DNA of 64,000 bases from Gammaproteobacteria bacterium (lineage in GTDB: Bacteria; Pseudomonadota; Gammaproteobacteria; JAURND01): contig JASGJS010000001.1 in assembly GCA_047601185.1 (NCBI GenBank), positions 1,153,118-1,217,117 on the forward strand. Direction: 5' to 3'. Below, piece after piece: positions 30,709 to 41,169 of this stretch. Under the pieces are notes generated by a model, which saw only the letters and a list, made by a program, of their open reading frames with translations, ran no database searches and was not told where the DNA came from. A program made the translations under genes and the position numbers. The number at the start of each line of letters is the position of its first letter. Position 1 is the stretch's first letter.

Positions 30709-31458
30709 TTATGTATGATTCTTTCCAATTTTTAACCCGATTGGAAAGTGAAAACATATTTTCTCTTCCTTTGGCCACAATTCGATTAATTTGTCACGTT
30801 GTTTGCTCAAAAAGTCTTTGTCATGATTTTTAGTATAGGTTTGTATGGTGACCCAAGTAGATAGGAAATTTACCAGATCATCTATAGACCAATATTTTTC
30901 CATTTTAAATGAAGGGTGTGTTAAGGGGTGAAATGGAAAATATAAATCCCTATAAAGATTTAAATGTAGTAAGGTTTGATCAGTCCAATAGCTTGAAAGT
31001 ATTTGATCTTTAATGAAAAAAAGTATGCGTGCGAGTGGTTCATAAGATGTTTCAGGCCAGCTGTAAGTCCATATGGAAATGATTCCTTGTTTTTTTAATA
31101 CTCGTTTGGCTTCAGTATAAAAAGATTTTAGATCAAACCAGTGGGCCGCACAAGCTGAAGTAATCAAGTTAACTGAATTCGAAGCCAAATGAGTTCTTTC
31201 AGCGGGTTCACAATGATAAATAATTTTTGGATGGTATTGAGCAAATTGTATTTGATTTAAATTAAGATCCGTAGCTACAATCTGATCAAAATGGTCAGTC
31301 AGCATAATAGCTGCCTGACCATTACCAGTACCTACGTCCCATGCTAAATTTTTTTCTGTTGTACAATCAGATATCCAAGAAAACAAAGATTTTGGAAATA
31401 ATGGCCTATGCTTCAGATATTGCTCAGAAAATTCATTAAATTGTTTGCCATAATTCAT
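30709..31458 (-). CDS. Class I SAM-dependent methyltransferase
   Basis: SAM motif I LAWDVGTGNGQAAIMLTDHFDQIVATDLN. Confidence 0.75.
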   Translation of the reverse strand: MNYGKQFNEFSEQYLKHRPLFPKSLFSWISDCTTEKNLAWDVGTGNGQAAIMLTDHFDQIVATDLNLNQIQFAQYHPKIIYHCEPAERTHLASNSVNLITSACAAHWFDLKSFYTEAKRVLKKQGIISIWTYSWPETSYEPLARILFFIKDQILSSYWTDQTLLHLNLYRDLYFPFHPLTHPSFKMEKYWSIDDLVNFLSTWVTIQTYTKNHDKDFLSKQRDKLIELWPKEEKICFHFPIGLKIGKNHT

Positions 31459-31476
31459 CGTGAGTTCTCTGTTTTG

Positions 31477-32154
31477 TTAAACTTGCGACAGGCACTTCAT
31501 GTTACAGGAATTACCCATTTGTTGATTTTGACTTATAATGCGATTTAAATGCTGCAGTCCCACCATAATTCTTTTTACTCTGGAGTGAATAATCTCATCA
31601 CTTACCATGTCATAAGGGTGATTTTGAGCGCTAGCACCCATTTTCAACATAACGGGTGACGCAATCTGTACGATTTCAGCAAGTTCATTGAATCTGATAT
31701 AGCCACCTTTGGCAGCATATACATCCGTTGGCACATCTAAAATGAGTCCAGGGCATATTCGGCGCATCTCCTGTAAAGTGGCTAAGCTGGCATCATGAAT
31801 GGTTGTGATACTATCGGCACCGTTTTCTTGTAGTATTTTGGCAATCATCGGGTTGGCTGCCATACAGTGAGAAGATGCTTTAAATTTTAGTGTAGATGGC
31901 AATACTCCTTCGGTGCGCATTTTTGATAAAATTCTAAGTACCCCAATATCATAAACAATAATGCCGCGACAACCTAGCTCTGCTAGGCGTATGGCTTCTT
32001 CTATTGAATCAGAAATTGCTTTGTTATTATTAATGCGGCGACCTTGTTCAAGGCCAAACTCACTTCGATAAAAAGAGCTTTTAACATCATATTCTGGTCT
32101 TGGACTGAGTGCAAAAAGCATACCAATTTTCTTTTCAAAACAGAGCTGTAGCAT
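31477..32154 (-). CDS. Hypothetical protein (possibly TIM-barrel-like); ORF 32230..32418 may be its frameshifted N-terminal part
   Basis: 225 aa with no confident family. A 62-aa ORF lies 75 nt upstream on the same strand. Confidence 0.4.
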   Translation of the reverse strand: MLQLCFEKKIGMLFALSPRPEYDVKSSFYRSEFGLEQGRRINNNKAISDSIEEAIRLAELGCRGIIVYDIGVLRILSKMRTEGVLPSTLKFKASSHCMAANPMIAKILQENGADSITTIHDASLATLQEMRRICPGLILDVPTDVYAAKGGYIRFNELAEIVQIASPVMLKMGASAQNHPYDMVSDEIIHSRVKRIMVGLQHLNRIISQNQQMGNSCNMKCLSQV

Positions 32155-32530
32155 TTCCTTAATTTCTATATCTGATAATAAAAACGAACCTTTTGTTTCG
32201 TTGAAACGATCACAACGAATATTGTAATTTTATAAGTAATAAATTGTTTTTTCTAGAGTATTCATTGAATTAATGACTGGAATTTCAATTCCATAACTGC
32301 TCCCATCTTCAAATCTTTCAGAAGATGAAATCATCTGAATATCATCACTGTAGGGAAAGTGGTTGCTCATTAGCCAGGATTCTGCGCGCGCAGAAGATTT
32401 AATAATATCGAGTTTCATTTTTTGTTCCTCATGAATTTATTATGATATGACACTGTATTTCAAGGTCGCATACAGATCCATATTAATCTTTCGCGACGTA
32501 CTAATAAATACCGTAATTTTTGTTATCTAC

Positions 32531-32805
32531 CAACCGCCATGAGCTTTCCACAGCCGATAGCCGTAGGGAGTGAATTTGAGGAAAAAGATTTGCTGGTAAG
32601 GCTGGATTGACCAGCAGCAGCGCAGCAGCGCGTCGAGTAAAGAAAAAACGCAGAAAAGTGTTTTACGCAGAAGCGTGATGTTGTAAGCTTTTATAGCCAC
32701 GGTGACCTCTTGCTCAGGTTGTTAGTGGAAGTACCTGCTGGATGCTTCTAACCATTCAGTAGGTGCGTCTATTATTAAGCGGTGCTTAAAGAAAAGCAAC
32801 TCATT
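32531..32805. repeat. ~275-bp direct repeat, copy 1 (pairs with 36881..37160, ~90% identical)
   Basis: Long stretches are shared: ...ctttccacag.cgatag...ttgaccagc.gcagcgcag.agcgcgtcg.gtaaagaaaaaacgcagaaaa.tgttttacgcagaagcgtgatgttgtaagcttt.atagccacggtgacctcttgctcaggttgttagtggaagta.ctgctggatgcttc.aacca. Confidence 0.85.
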
Positions 32806-33228
32806 TTTGATATTTGTTTTAAATGGGTTTTGATCTAACCAAAAAAAGGGGTGTTTTAGCGTGAAAAATTATGGATATTCAATGTTCTAATGATTGCCGC
32901 TCGGATGAATGATAGTATGGTTTAAGATATAACACGTGATTTTATCGAAAATCAGTTGTTTTTATCAAATCAACACCTTGCTATACAGGGTGCCATCGGT
33001 TCTGATCCCGGAAAAATATAATTTGGTCATTAATCCATTGCATACAAAGTTTTATACAATTTTGAAAACGGTAAAAAACCTAGGTCAGCATGTGGCTCCA
33101 ACTCGCTGATTGTGAGAGCACTGCGTGTAGGTTTAGAGAGTGCACCCATGAGATCCCACTATATACCGATTGCAGTTCAAGATGCGAACAATGGTGAATT
33201 TAATATTTGAAAATTATCATTAATTCTT

Positions 33229-34305
33229 TCACGCAAGATAGTTTTTTTCCTGGCTATAGTTTAAAAAATTTTTTATTAGAAGATCAGAATTTAAGAGAAT
33301 AGAAGCTAATATTATAGATAAAATTCCACAACCGCTTATCAATAAGCTAGAAACATCAGACGTAAAGTACCGACCAAAGAATACAGCTAAACCGGCACCA
33401 ATACCAACAGCAGTTTCCTTAACAAGAAGAAATCCTGCTTTGGATCCATAGGCATCTAAGTAGCTTGCAAAGCATTCAATAATTGACAGAATAATCGTCC
33501 ATAAAGCTGCTCCAATCATAGTATAGGCATGAAAGTATTGAGGGAATGCAATAAGTATCATGCCAATTAACATCAAATAAAAAGTAATTTTAACAGAATT
33601 ATTGGGATGGAATCTATCTAAAAGGCGTATGATTGGAATCTGTAGCAAAATAACTGTTCCACTGTTGATAAATATCATTATTCCATACCAATTCGGTAAA
33701 TTATGTTTTGTTGACAAAATATATTGTGGTAATACTGATAGTACGCCAAAAAATTTTATTCCTATAGCAATGCCGACAAATAACCATCCGAACCATCTTT
33801 TTTTATCGAAGCTTTTAGGGATAGATAATACAATGTCTTTTTTTATAGAATTTTTTATGGAAAACAAGATTATAAAAAATAATACACAAGCACTTATAAA
33901 GAAAAAAACATCTTTAGAATTAATTGAGAGTAATAAAACAATTCCAGATGCTAAACTTCCTGCATTCAAAGCTATTTTATTATGAGCAGCTCCAGTAGTT
34001 GTTTCTGCAGCTTCTGATTTTATCAGATATCCTGAAACACTAAATCCAATGCCCACTAATATTGAACCAATGGTCATTTGATAATTACCATTTAAGCAAA
34101 ATAATAATGTGCCAATTGTGGAAATAATCAATGCTATGGTAATTGCATATTTCCCAAAAAGTCTAGAGAATAAAGGTGATGTTATGAGGAAAAATCTGTA
34201 TCCGATAGCAAGCAATGTGTTACTTAGTGGAGTTAGCCATATATTTGCTTTTCCTAAAAAGGCAAAGAGACAGGTTGCTGTGACAAATCTAATAAAGAAA
34301 ATCAT
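33229..34305 (-). CDS. MFS-type membrane transporter (putative exporter)
   Basis: 358 aa with ~10-12 TM segments. Very AT-rich coding sequence. Confidence 0.6.
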   Translation of the reverse strand: MIFFIRFVTATCLFAFLGKANIWLTPLSNTLLAIGYRFFLITSPLFSRLFGKYAITIALIISTIGTLLFCLNGNYQMTIGSILVGIGFSVSGYLIKSEAAETTTGAAHNKIALNAGSLASGIVLLLSINSKDVFFFISACVLFFIILFSIKNSIKKDIVLSIPKSFDKKRWFGWLFVGIAIGIKFFGVLSVLPQYILSTKHNLPNWYGIMIFINSGTVILLQIPIIRLLDRFHPNNSVKITFYLMLIGMILIAFPQYFHAYTMIGAALWTIILSIIECFASYLDAYGSKAGFLLVKETAVGIGAGLAVFFGRYFTSDVSSLLISGCGILSIILASILLNSDLLIKNFLNYSQEKNYLA

Positions 34306-34309
34306 TAAT

Positions 34310-35578
34310 TTATCCTATGTGGCATGGAGGGAGGATCTTTATACCGTGTTTTGATAAAAAAATTTCTGCAGATAGAAGGGAATATACCAAAGAATCATAG
34401 CTGTCTGACTTGGCTTTAATATATCCAATAAAGTCTGAGTTATCACGTGGGCAATCAGTAATTTTATCTCCAATTTTTTTAGTCCAAGTAAATTCAATAA
34501 AATCCCCATGTATCATTGAAGAAAGTTCTGTTAATTTTGATACAGTAAATCTTTCAATAACGCCGTCTTGCGGCGCAGTGATAAAACGTATGCCAGCAAA
34601 ACATTTCATTTTCAGTTCTTTAGGAGAACTATCAATTTTACCAATTGCCCATTCAATCCATAGCGTCCACGGGTCGAAGTCCTCAAATGCATATGATCCT
34701 AAATCCCAAATTTGACATCCACCAGGGCGAAGATTTGGCTCTACAGCGGAAACTTCATTTCTATTTTCTAACAAAAATATCTCATTGTGACAGGCGCATC
34801 CATTATAACCAGATACTTCAGCCATAAACCTGGCTCCAGATATCAGTAAATCATGTTCAATTTTTGGCAGTGGTGCTGGAATAATATGCTGTGGCTCTGC
34901 TCTATATTGAGTTGTTGTGGTCGTTTTTTCTGTTAACCAAGAATAACCGGCTACGTGATCCCAACTATATTCTTTTGAGTTCTCAATGAGTCTTTCTGCA
35001 GAAATTCCACCTGCAAGATATTTCTTTATTTGATGCCAAGCACGTTCGCAATCTTCATATTTTTTTATGGCAATGCAGCCACGACTATTTCCTTCTTTCA
35101 TCGGTTTTATGAAAACGCCAGAGTTAAATTCTCTAAAGACAGATTGTAGCTCCGCTAAAGAGCTTATTTTTTTCGAATCTACCTTTATGTATCCATCTGG
35201 CTTTGGTAAAATTGTTTCTCTTTGTCTAAAGTCATATTTATTCAAGGCGGAACCAATTGTTTTTGAATTTGCTCCTGGTAATCCAAAATATTCTGATAAC
35301 AGTGCGCCAATTTGAGTGCCTTGGTCGGAAAATGGTAATACGCCAATAACATTTAAATTAAATTTTTTACAGAAATTTATAATAATTTCTAGATTTTTAA
35401 AATCTTTATCCAAATTAACATCTATAGAAAAATCAACAGATTTTTTGTCATTATTGTCAATGCCATCCTTACATAAAACTGTAATGGCATTAATAGAAGA
35501 ACTTGCTTTTTCTCTAATTTTTATTACATCATTAATCCTGGTGTTGTTATATCCAACAACTAGAATGCAATCTTTCAT
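34310..35578 (-). CDS. ATP-grasp domain ligase (carboxylate-amine/peptide ligase-like)
   Basis: 422 aa. GVFIKPMKEGNSRGCIAIKKYED is an ATP-grasp phosphate-binding region. Confidence 0.6.
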   Translation of the reverse strand: MKDCILVVGYNNTRINDVIKIREKASSSINAITVLCKDGIDNNDKKSVDFSIDVNLDKDFKNLEIIINFCKKFNLNVIGVLPFSDQGTQIGALLSEYFGLPGANSKTIGSALNKYDFRQRETILPKPDGYIKVDSKKISSLAELQSVFREFNSGVFIKPMKEGNSRGCIAIKKYEDCERAWHQIKKYLAGGISAERLIENSKEYSWDHVAGYSWLTEKTTTTTQYRAEPQHIIPAPLPKIEHDLLISGARFMAEVSGYNGCACHNEIFLLENRNEVSAVEPNLRPGGCQIWDLGSYAFEDFDPWTLWIEWAIGKIDSSPKELKMKCFAGIRFITAPQDGVIERFTVSKLTELSSMIHGDFIEFTWTKKIGDKITDCPRDNSDFIGYIKAKSDSYDSLVYSLLSAEIFLSKHGIKILPPCHIG

Positions 35579-35626
35579 AGTTACCCTCTTTTATGGTTGA
35601 AATTTTTGAATCATAGGTTTGTATTG

Positions 35627-36658
35627 TTAATAATTCGTATTTTTTCTCTGACCTTTGCTGCGGTATAACAGCCTGGGTGTGTTAAATAAATTTGAATTAG
35701 AAGCAAACTTCATTGCGATATTTTTTTCAATTTTCATTTCTTCTCGTGCATGGAGAACTTTGTAGTTGGCGATTATTAAAAAAGTTCCTGTATCTGTTTG
35801 AGAAGTTTCAAAAGGACAATTTTTTAAATTATCAGTCATTTTGTTAAGCAGTATCTGATGTTGAGAATCTGAAGACAGCATTCTAGTACCTGTAATGTCA
35901 TCTATCCTGAAGTCAAGAAAAAATCTAAATCCATATAGTTCTGAGTACTCTACAATATTTCTTTCTCTTTCTATTATTATATCTACATTTTTTCCAGACC
36001 TAAACTTTGCTTTAATATTTTTTAATTGTGACAATTCATTATCAGTAAAATTTCTGAGAATATTTTTTGGAAAAAAACATTTTGTTGCTGTTCTTGTCTT
36101 GTCTCTGCATACAGTTAATGAAAGATAATCTACATTTAATTTCTCATATAAATCGTCAGCGTGTGGCATTATTTCTCCGTAACCACTTCCCCAATTTTTA
36201 TATTTTTCAGCTGATGACTTTAAATATAATGTTTTATGCTCTTCATAATCATATTTAATGTCTAAAATATTAAATAAATCTGAAAGAGATTCATGTACAA
36301 GGAGCGACAGTTTTGGGGAGTCACTTTCGAAAATATTTTTGATGCAAACTCCAGCGATATTACTTTTATGGAAGCCAACAATACTAAAGTAATCAATGTG
36401 TTCTTTTTTTAAATTATCTAAAAATATGTTTATCAGCTTAAATTTTAGATTTTGAAAAGATAAATTGGAGTTTAATTTTCTTATCCACCAATTTTCAATA
36501 ATGTCAGAAATATAAGAAAAATCTATTGTAATGAATTTTTCTTGATTTATCTCTTTTTTTAGTAATTTAGCAAATTGCTGTTCAGTCATTTTATTTTGTG
36601 AGAATTCTAATTTCATGGTTTTTCTCGGAGAAATTTCGTTTTTATTTCCTATTTGCAA
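35627..36658 (-). CDS. Fe(II)/2-oxoglutarate-dependent dioxygenase, TauD/TfdA (CAS-like) family
   Basis: HxD motif GEIMPHADDLY and the distal TGTFLIIANYKVLHAREE (equivalent of DNRxxxHxR). Length fits TauD-like enzymes. Confidence 0.6.
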   Translation of the reverse strand: MQIGNKNEISPRKTMKLEFSQNKMTEQQFAKLLKKEINQEKFITIDFSYISDIIENWWIRKLNSNLSFQNLKFKLINIFLDNLKKEHIDYFSIVGFHKSNIAGVCIKNIFESDSPKLSLLVHESLSDLFNILDIKYDYEEHKTLYLKSSAEKYKNWGSGYGEIMPHADDLYEKLNVDYLSLTVCRDKTRTATKCFFPKNILRNFTDNELSQLKNIKAKFRSGKNVDIIIERERNIVEYSELYGFRFFLDFRIDDITGTRMLSSDSQHQILLNKMTDNLKNCPFETSQTDTGTFLIIANYKVLHAREEMKIEKNIAMKFASNSNLFNTPRLLYRSKGQRKNTNY

Positions 36659-36880
36659 AATTGATACGCAATGATACCTTCAAGCGTTTTATTGAATTAA
36701 ATCGTAAAATTAGTTTGATAGGCGGAAGGAAGGTAAGTTGGTAACCAACTCTGACATTCTTATCGCTAAGGACCTGAGAAGGACACTAAAGAAAGCACGT
36801 CAAGCGTTACCCTAAACTTATCTTTTTGCCGCGATCTGTCATCTTAATTTAGAGTATGAACTAACCATGGAATGCCCCAC

Positions 36881-37160
36881 AACCAACCACTATGAACTTT
36901 CCACAGTCGATAGTCATAGGAAAAGAATTTGAGGAAAGAAATTTTCTGATAAGGCTGAATTGACCAGCGGCAGCGCAGTAGCGCGTCGGGTAAAGAAAAA
37001 ACGCAGAAAAATGTTTTACGCAGAAGCGTGATGTTGTAAGCTTTCATAGCCACGGTGACCTCTTGCTCAGGTTGTTAGTGGAAGTATCTGCTGGATGCTT
37101 CGAACCATCCAGTAGGTGCTCTTATTATTAAAGGATACTTAAAAAAAATCAACTATTTTT
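36881..37160. repeat. ~280-bp direct repeat, copy 2 (pairs with 32531..32805)
   Basis: See copy 1. The two copies bracket the AT-rich 4.1-kb three-gene cassette. Confidence 0.85.
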
Positions 37161-37493
37161 TGACAGTTTCTTTTTCAACTTTTTCTCTCTGCATTATTTC
37201 CAGAGGTCTTTATCGGAATGAAACCTAGGTTTTTTATTCACAGGATTTTTTTTAGCTAGCCCTTTCCAGGAAGAAAAGTTTTTCGAACTGATTTAAGGTA
37301 AGAAACGCTCTAAATTTCTTTTCACCGCAGTTCGCATGGCTTTAACCTTACTCTATAAATGACATTCATTTATAAATTTTTGCAAATAATGTACTAAAGT
37401 CGAAGTCAAAATAATATTAATTTTAGACATAAATCCTCCAAAATATGATATATTATACGTTAATATCCATTTATCAATAGACTGACCTCCTTC

Positions 37494-37554
37494 ACCCCTC
37501 ATCCGCCCTATCGGGCACCTTCTCCCACAAGGGGAGAAGGAAACAGCTCGCCAC
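37494..37554 (-). repeat. Family-A hairpin repeat copy (reverse orientation)
   Basis: cccctcatccgccctatcgggcaccttctcccacaaggggagaaggaaacagctcgcc, upstream of cphA. Confidence 0.85.
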
Positions 37555-37684
37555 TCAAATTTTTATAGATCTAAAATGTCAACAGCTCCTACCGATAAAT
37601 TATAAAATCTTGTCCTATACTTAAATCACGGCACTCTCTAAGCCACACCCTGAGCGTTAATGGACTGACTATCAAAGGGATTAT

Positions 37685-40315
37685 ATGGAAATTTTAAACC
37701 TAAAAGTTTTAAAAGGGCCTAACTATTGGTCAAATTTCAGAAAAAAGCTCATTGTTTTGGAGCTTGATCTTAAGCGTTATGAAGCCATTCCCACTGACCA
37801 GATCGAAGATTTTCCCGCACTGTTGACCCATTTAATCCCTTCCCTCCATACCCATCATTGCTCGGAAGGTCAGGAAGGGGGATTTGTTAAGCGTCTGCAG
37901 CAAGGGACTTGGCTAGGCCATGTTATAGAGCATGTTGCATTAGAATTACAGACGTTGGCGGGGATGGACTGTGGATTTGGTCGAACCCGCTCAACCGCTA
38001 AAAAAGGTGTCTACTATGTGGTGTTTTCCTACGAAATTGAAGAAGCGGGGATTTATGCTGCGCAGGCCGCTGTTCAATTAGTCAGTGCTTTGGTGCATTT
38101 TAAAAGTTATCCTTTTTTATTGCGCGATATTCAGCAACTGAAAAGAATATTTGCCGCAAAAAGTTTGGGTGTAAGCACGAAAGCCATCCTTCGAGAGGCA
38201 AAAAAGCGCAATATCCCTTACACCCATTTGGAAGATGACACCTCTTTAGTGATGCTGGGGCAAGGTTGTCATCGTCGCTTAATCTCTGCCACGATTGGTC
38301 ATGCCACCAGTTGCATTGGGGTGGACATCACGGCTGAAAAAGATCTCACCAAAAATATGTTGTCGGCAGCTTTTATTCCTGTGCCGGAAGGGAAAGTTGT
38401 AAAAGATTTCAATGACTTGAGGAAAGCTTTAAAGGTGTTAGGTTATCCTGTGGTAATTAAGCCGAGAGACGGCAATCACGGCAGGGGCATTACCACCCAT
38501 ATTCTGAACCAGCAACAAGCCATGGCGGCTTTTGATGTGGCTAAAACAGTATCAAAAACTGTTATTGTTGAACGGTTTGTGGAAGGTTCTGATTACAGAC
38601 TGTTAGTGGTAAATTATCAATTGGTAGCGGCGGCTAAGCGAGTGCCCGCTTTTGTGGTGGGGAATGGGCAATCTACCCTCCAACAGCTGATCGATCAAGA
38701 AAATCAAAATCCTCAACGAGGCGAAGGCCACGAAAATTATTTAACTAAGATTGTTGTGGATGAACAAACATTAATGATTTTAGCCAGCGTGGGTTTGACG
38801 CTAGAAAGTATTTTGCCCGCACAGCAGATATTATATTTAAAACACACCGCTAACATTAGTACGGGAGGTGTGCCGATGGATGTCACCAAACATATCCATC
38901 CCCAAAATAAACTGTTAGCGGAGCGAATTGCTCGGCTGGTCAATTTAGATATTTGCGGTATTGATCTAATCGCCAAAAATATTGAAACACCGATTTTAGA
39001 AAATCAGGGACGAATTATCGAAGTGAATGCTGCGCCCGGTCTGCGTATGCACATGAATCCTCAATTGTCTCATGATGGATCAATTGCTCAACACGTGATG
39101 GATATGCTGTATCCCAATGATGCGCCGACTCGCATTCCACTGATTGCGGTCACTGGCACCAATGGGAAAACCACTACCGTACGACTGATTGCCCATTTGG
39201 CAGCACAAGCTGGACATAAAGTCGGCTTCACCACGACCGATGGCATTTATATTAATCATGAACGCGTTTATACGGGAGATTGTAGCGGGCCGAGTAGTGC
39301 CCGTGCAGTGTTGCAAGATCCTTTAATTGATTTTGCGGTATTAGAATGCGCGAGAGGGGGGATATTGCGGCAAGGGTTAGGATTTAATGCCTGCGATATC
39401 AGCATTTTATTAAATGTGTCAGAAGATCATTTAGGACTAGAGGGCATTGAAACGCTAGAAGATTTAGTGCGAACCAAAAGTGTGGTGGTCAGGAGCACAC
39501 GCGCTGAAGGCACCGCTATTTTAAATGCAGATGATGATTTGATTTATGAATTGAGGGAAGAATTATCTTGTCAAATTGCTTTATTAAGTTTACGGGATGA
39601 TAACCCAAGAATCCTTGCGCACTGTGCAAATGGTGGGCTTGCCGCTTATATTTCTGAAGGGTTTATTGTGGTCCGCCGCAATCACGATCTCACCAAAGTC
39701 GTGAAGCTTGAAAACATCCCTTTAACCCATGGCGGCATGGCGCAGTGCATGATACAAAATCTGCTCGCCGCTTTATTAGCAGGCATTGCCAGCCAATTTA
39801 CTTTAGAGCAAATTGTTCAGTCTCTGGTGAGTTTTATACCTTCTGCGCAAAACTTGCCCGGACGAATGAATTTATTTCATTTTGATCATTGCAAAGTGTT
39901 AATCGACTATGCCCATAATACAGACGCTTTTATTCAATTGCAGCAATATGTCCAAAAAATAACGATGGGCAAAAAGGTTGGTATTATCGGTGCGCCAGGC
40001 GATCGCCGTCCACACGATATCAAACAAATTGGATTTTATGCCGCGCAAATGTTTGACCAAATTATTATTCGACATGATAAAGATGGTAGAGGGAAAACTA
40101 ATGAAGAAATTACCTGTTATTTAATGGAAGGGATAATGGCTGTCAATCCCAATTTAGATGTCTCTATTCTGTCAGATGAAAAAGCGGCATTATTGTACGC
40201 AATTAAGACCGCAGAAGCTGGCACTTTTATTACGTGTTGTTTTGATAAAGTATTTGAAGCGATAGATTTATTGAAAAATTTGCCGAAATTAACGAAGCAA
40301 GAGGAAATATCATGA
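37685..40315 (+). CDS. cphA: Cyanophycin synthetase CphA
   Basis: 876 aa. Characteristic N-terminus MEILNLKVLKGPNYWS...GHVIEHVALELQ, an ATP-grasp middle domain and a Mur-ligase-like C-terminal domain (GTNGKTTT). Confidence 0.85.
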   Translation: MEILNLKVLKGPNYWSNFRKKLIVLELDLKRYEAIPTDQIEDFPALLTHLIPSLHTHHCSEGQEGGFVKRLQQGTWLGHVIEHVALELQTLAGMDCGFGRTRSTAKKGVYYVVFSYEIEEAGIYAAQAAVQLVSALVHFKSYPFLLRDIQQLKRIFAAKSLGVSTKAILREAKKRNIPYTHLEDDTSLVMLGQGCHRRLISATIGHATSCIGVDITAEKDLTKNMLSAAFIPVPEGKVVKDFNDLRKALKVLGYPVVIKPRDGNHGRGITTHILNQQQAMAAFDVAKTVSKTVIVERFVEGSDYRLLVVNYQLVAAAKRVPAFVVGNGQSTLQQLIDQENQNPQRGEGHENYLTKIVVDEQTLMILASVGLTLESILPAQQILYLKHTANISTGGVPMDVTKHIHPQNKLLAERIARLVNLDICGIDLIAKNIETPILENQGRIIEVNAAPGLRMHMNPQLSHDGSIAQHVMDMLYPNDAPTRIPLIAVTGTNGKTTTVRLIAHLAAQAGHKVGFTTTDGIYINHERVYTGDCSGPSSARAVLQDPLIDFAVLECARGGILRQGLGFNACDISILLNVSEDHLGLEGIETLEDLVRTKSVVVRSTRAEGTAILNADDDLIYELREELSCQIALLSLRDDNPRILAHCANGGLAAYISEGFIVVRRNHDLTKVVKLENIPLTHGGMAQCMIQNLLAALLAGIASQFTLEQIVQSLVSFIPSAQNLPGRMNLFHFDHCKVLIDYAHNTDAFIQLQQYVQKITMGKKVGIIGAPGDRRPHDIKQIGFYAAQMFDQIIIRHDKDGRGKTNEEITCYLMEGIMAVNPNLDVSILSDEKAALLYAIKTAEAGTFITCCFDKVFEAIDLLKNLPKLTKQEEIS

Positions 40316-41169
40316 CGCCTAAAGGTAAGTTATTTTTAATTGGTGGCGCTGAGGACAAAGGAGAGGAAGACAAAATTTCTTCTCCTAATATCGAGTTTGG
40401 TCGATTAGAAATTTTAAGCGAATTATTAGCCGCGGCTAAACACCACAAAATTGAAATTATTACCACAGGTTCACGATTTCCAGATGAAGTTAAAAAAACC
40501 TATCAAAACGCTTTTCATAAATTGCATTATCCAAATCCAGGCTTTTTATCCATTAAGAATCGCTTTGAAGCCAATGATCCGCATTTTTTGGAAAGAGTCG
40601 AAAAAGCTTGTGTGGTGTTTTTTTCCGGTGGGGATCAATTTCGATTGTCGACAATATTAGGTGGCACGCAAATGACGGAAGTGATTAAACATCGCTACCT
40701 TCATGATAAAAATTTTGTGGTGGCTGGTACCAGTGCAGGTGCGATGGTGATGTCAACCGTGATGATTAAAGAGGGGGGCAAAGAGGAAGCTTTATTTAAC
40801 CATGATATTAAAACCACAGCAGGATTAGGGTTGTTACAAAACTGCATTATCGATACGCATTTTATTAAGCGTGGTCGTTTTGCTCGGTTAGCGCATGCCA
40901 TCATTATAAATCCAGAACAACTGGGCATAGGTTTAGGTGAAGATGCAGGATTAATGATTGAGCATGGCACCCATGCTGAATGTCGAGGTTCAGGCATGGT
41001 GGTCATTATCGATGGGAGATATATCGGACAAACCAATATCACCGAAGCCCAAGATGCGGATCCTATTTTTGTTGAAAATCTCAAAGTGCATTTATTAGTT
41101 AAAGGATGCCGATTTTCGATTAAAGAGCGCGAGTTAGCAAATCCTGCCATAGGAAAATTATATGAATAA
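40312..41169 (+). CDS. cphB: Cyanophycinase CphB (peptidase S51)
   Basis: LFLIGGAEDKG and the catalytic Ser in GTSAGAMVMS. Overlaps cphA by 4 nt. Confidence 0.8.
   Translation: MTPKGKLFLIGGAEDKGEEDKISSPNIEFGRLEILSELLAAAKHHKIEIITTGSRFPDEVKKTYQNAFHKLHYPNPGFLSIKNRFEANDPHFLERVEKACVVFFSGGDQFRLSTILGGTQMTEVIKHRYLHDKNFVVAGTSAGAMVMSTVMIKEGGKEEALFNHDIKTTAGLGLLQNCIIDTHFIKRGRFARLAHAIIINPEQLGIGLGEDAGLMIEHGTHAECRGSGMVVIIDGRYIGQTNITEAQDADPIFVENLKVHLLVKGCRFSIKERELANPAIGKLYE

Noticed and set aside
32531-32805. The 275-bp direct repeat as a tmRNA/tRNA-derived att site
   Set aside because: No tRNA-like acceptor/T-arm or the tmRNA 3' end (…GGTTCGAATCC…CCA) could be found in either copy. Its function is left open in the findings.
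36844-37053. 69-aa minus-strand ORF inside direct-repeat copy 2
   Set aside because: The other repeat copy has no equivalent intact ORF, and the sequence is low-complexity.
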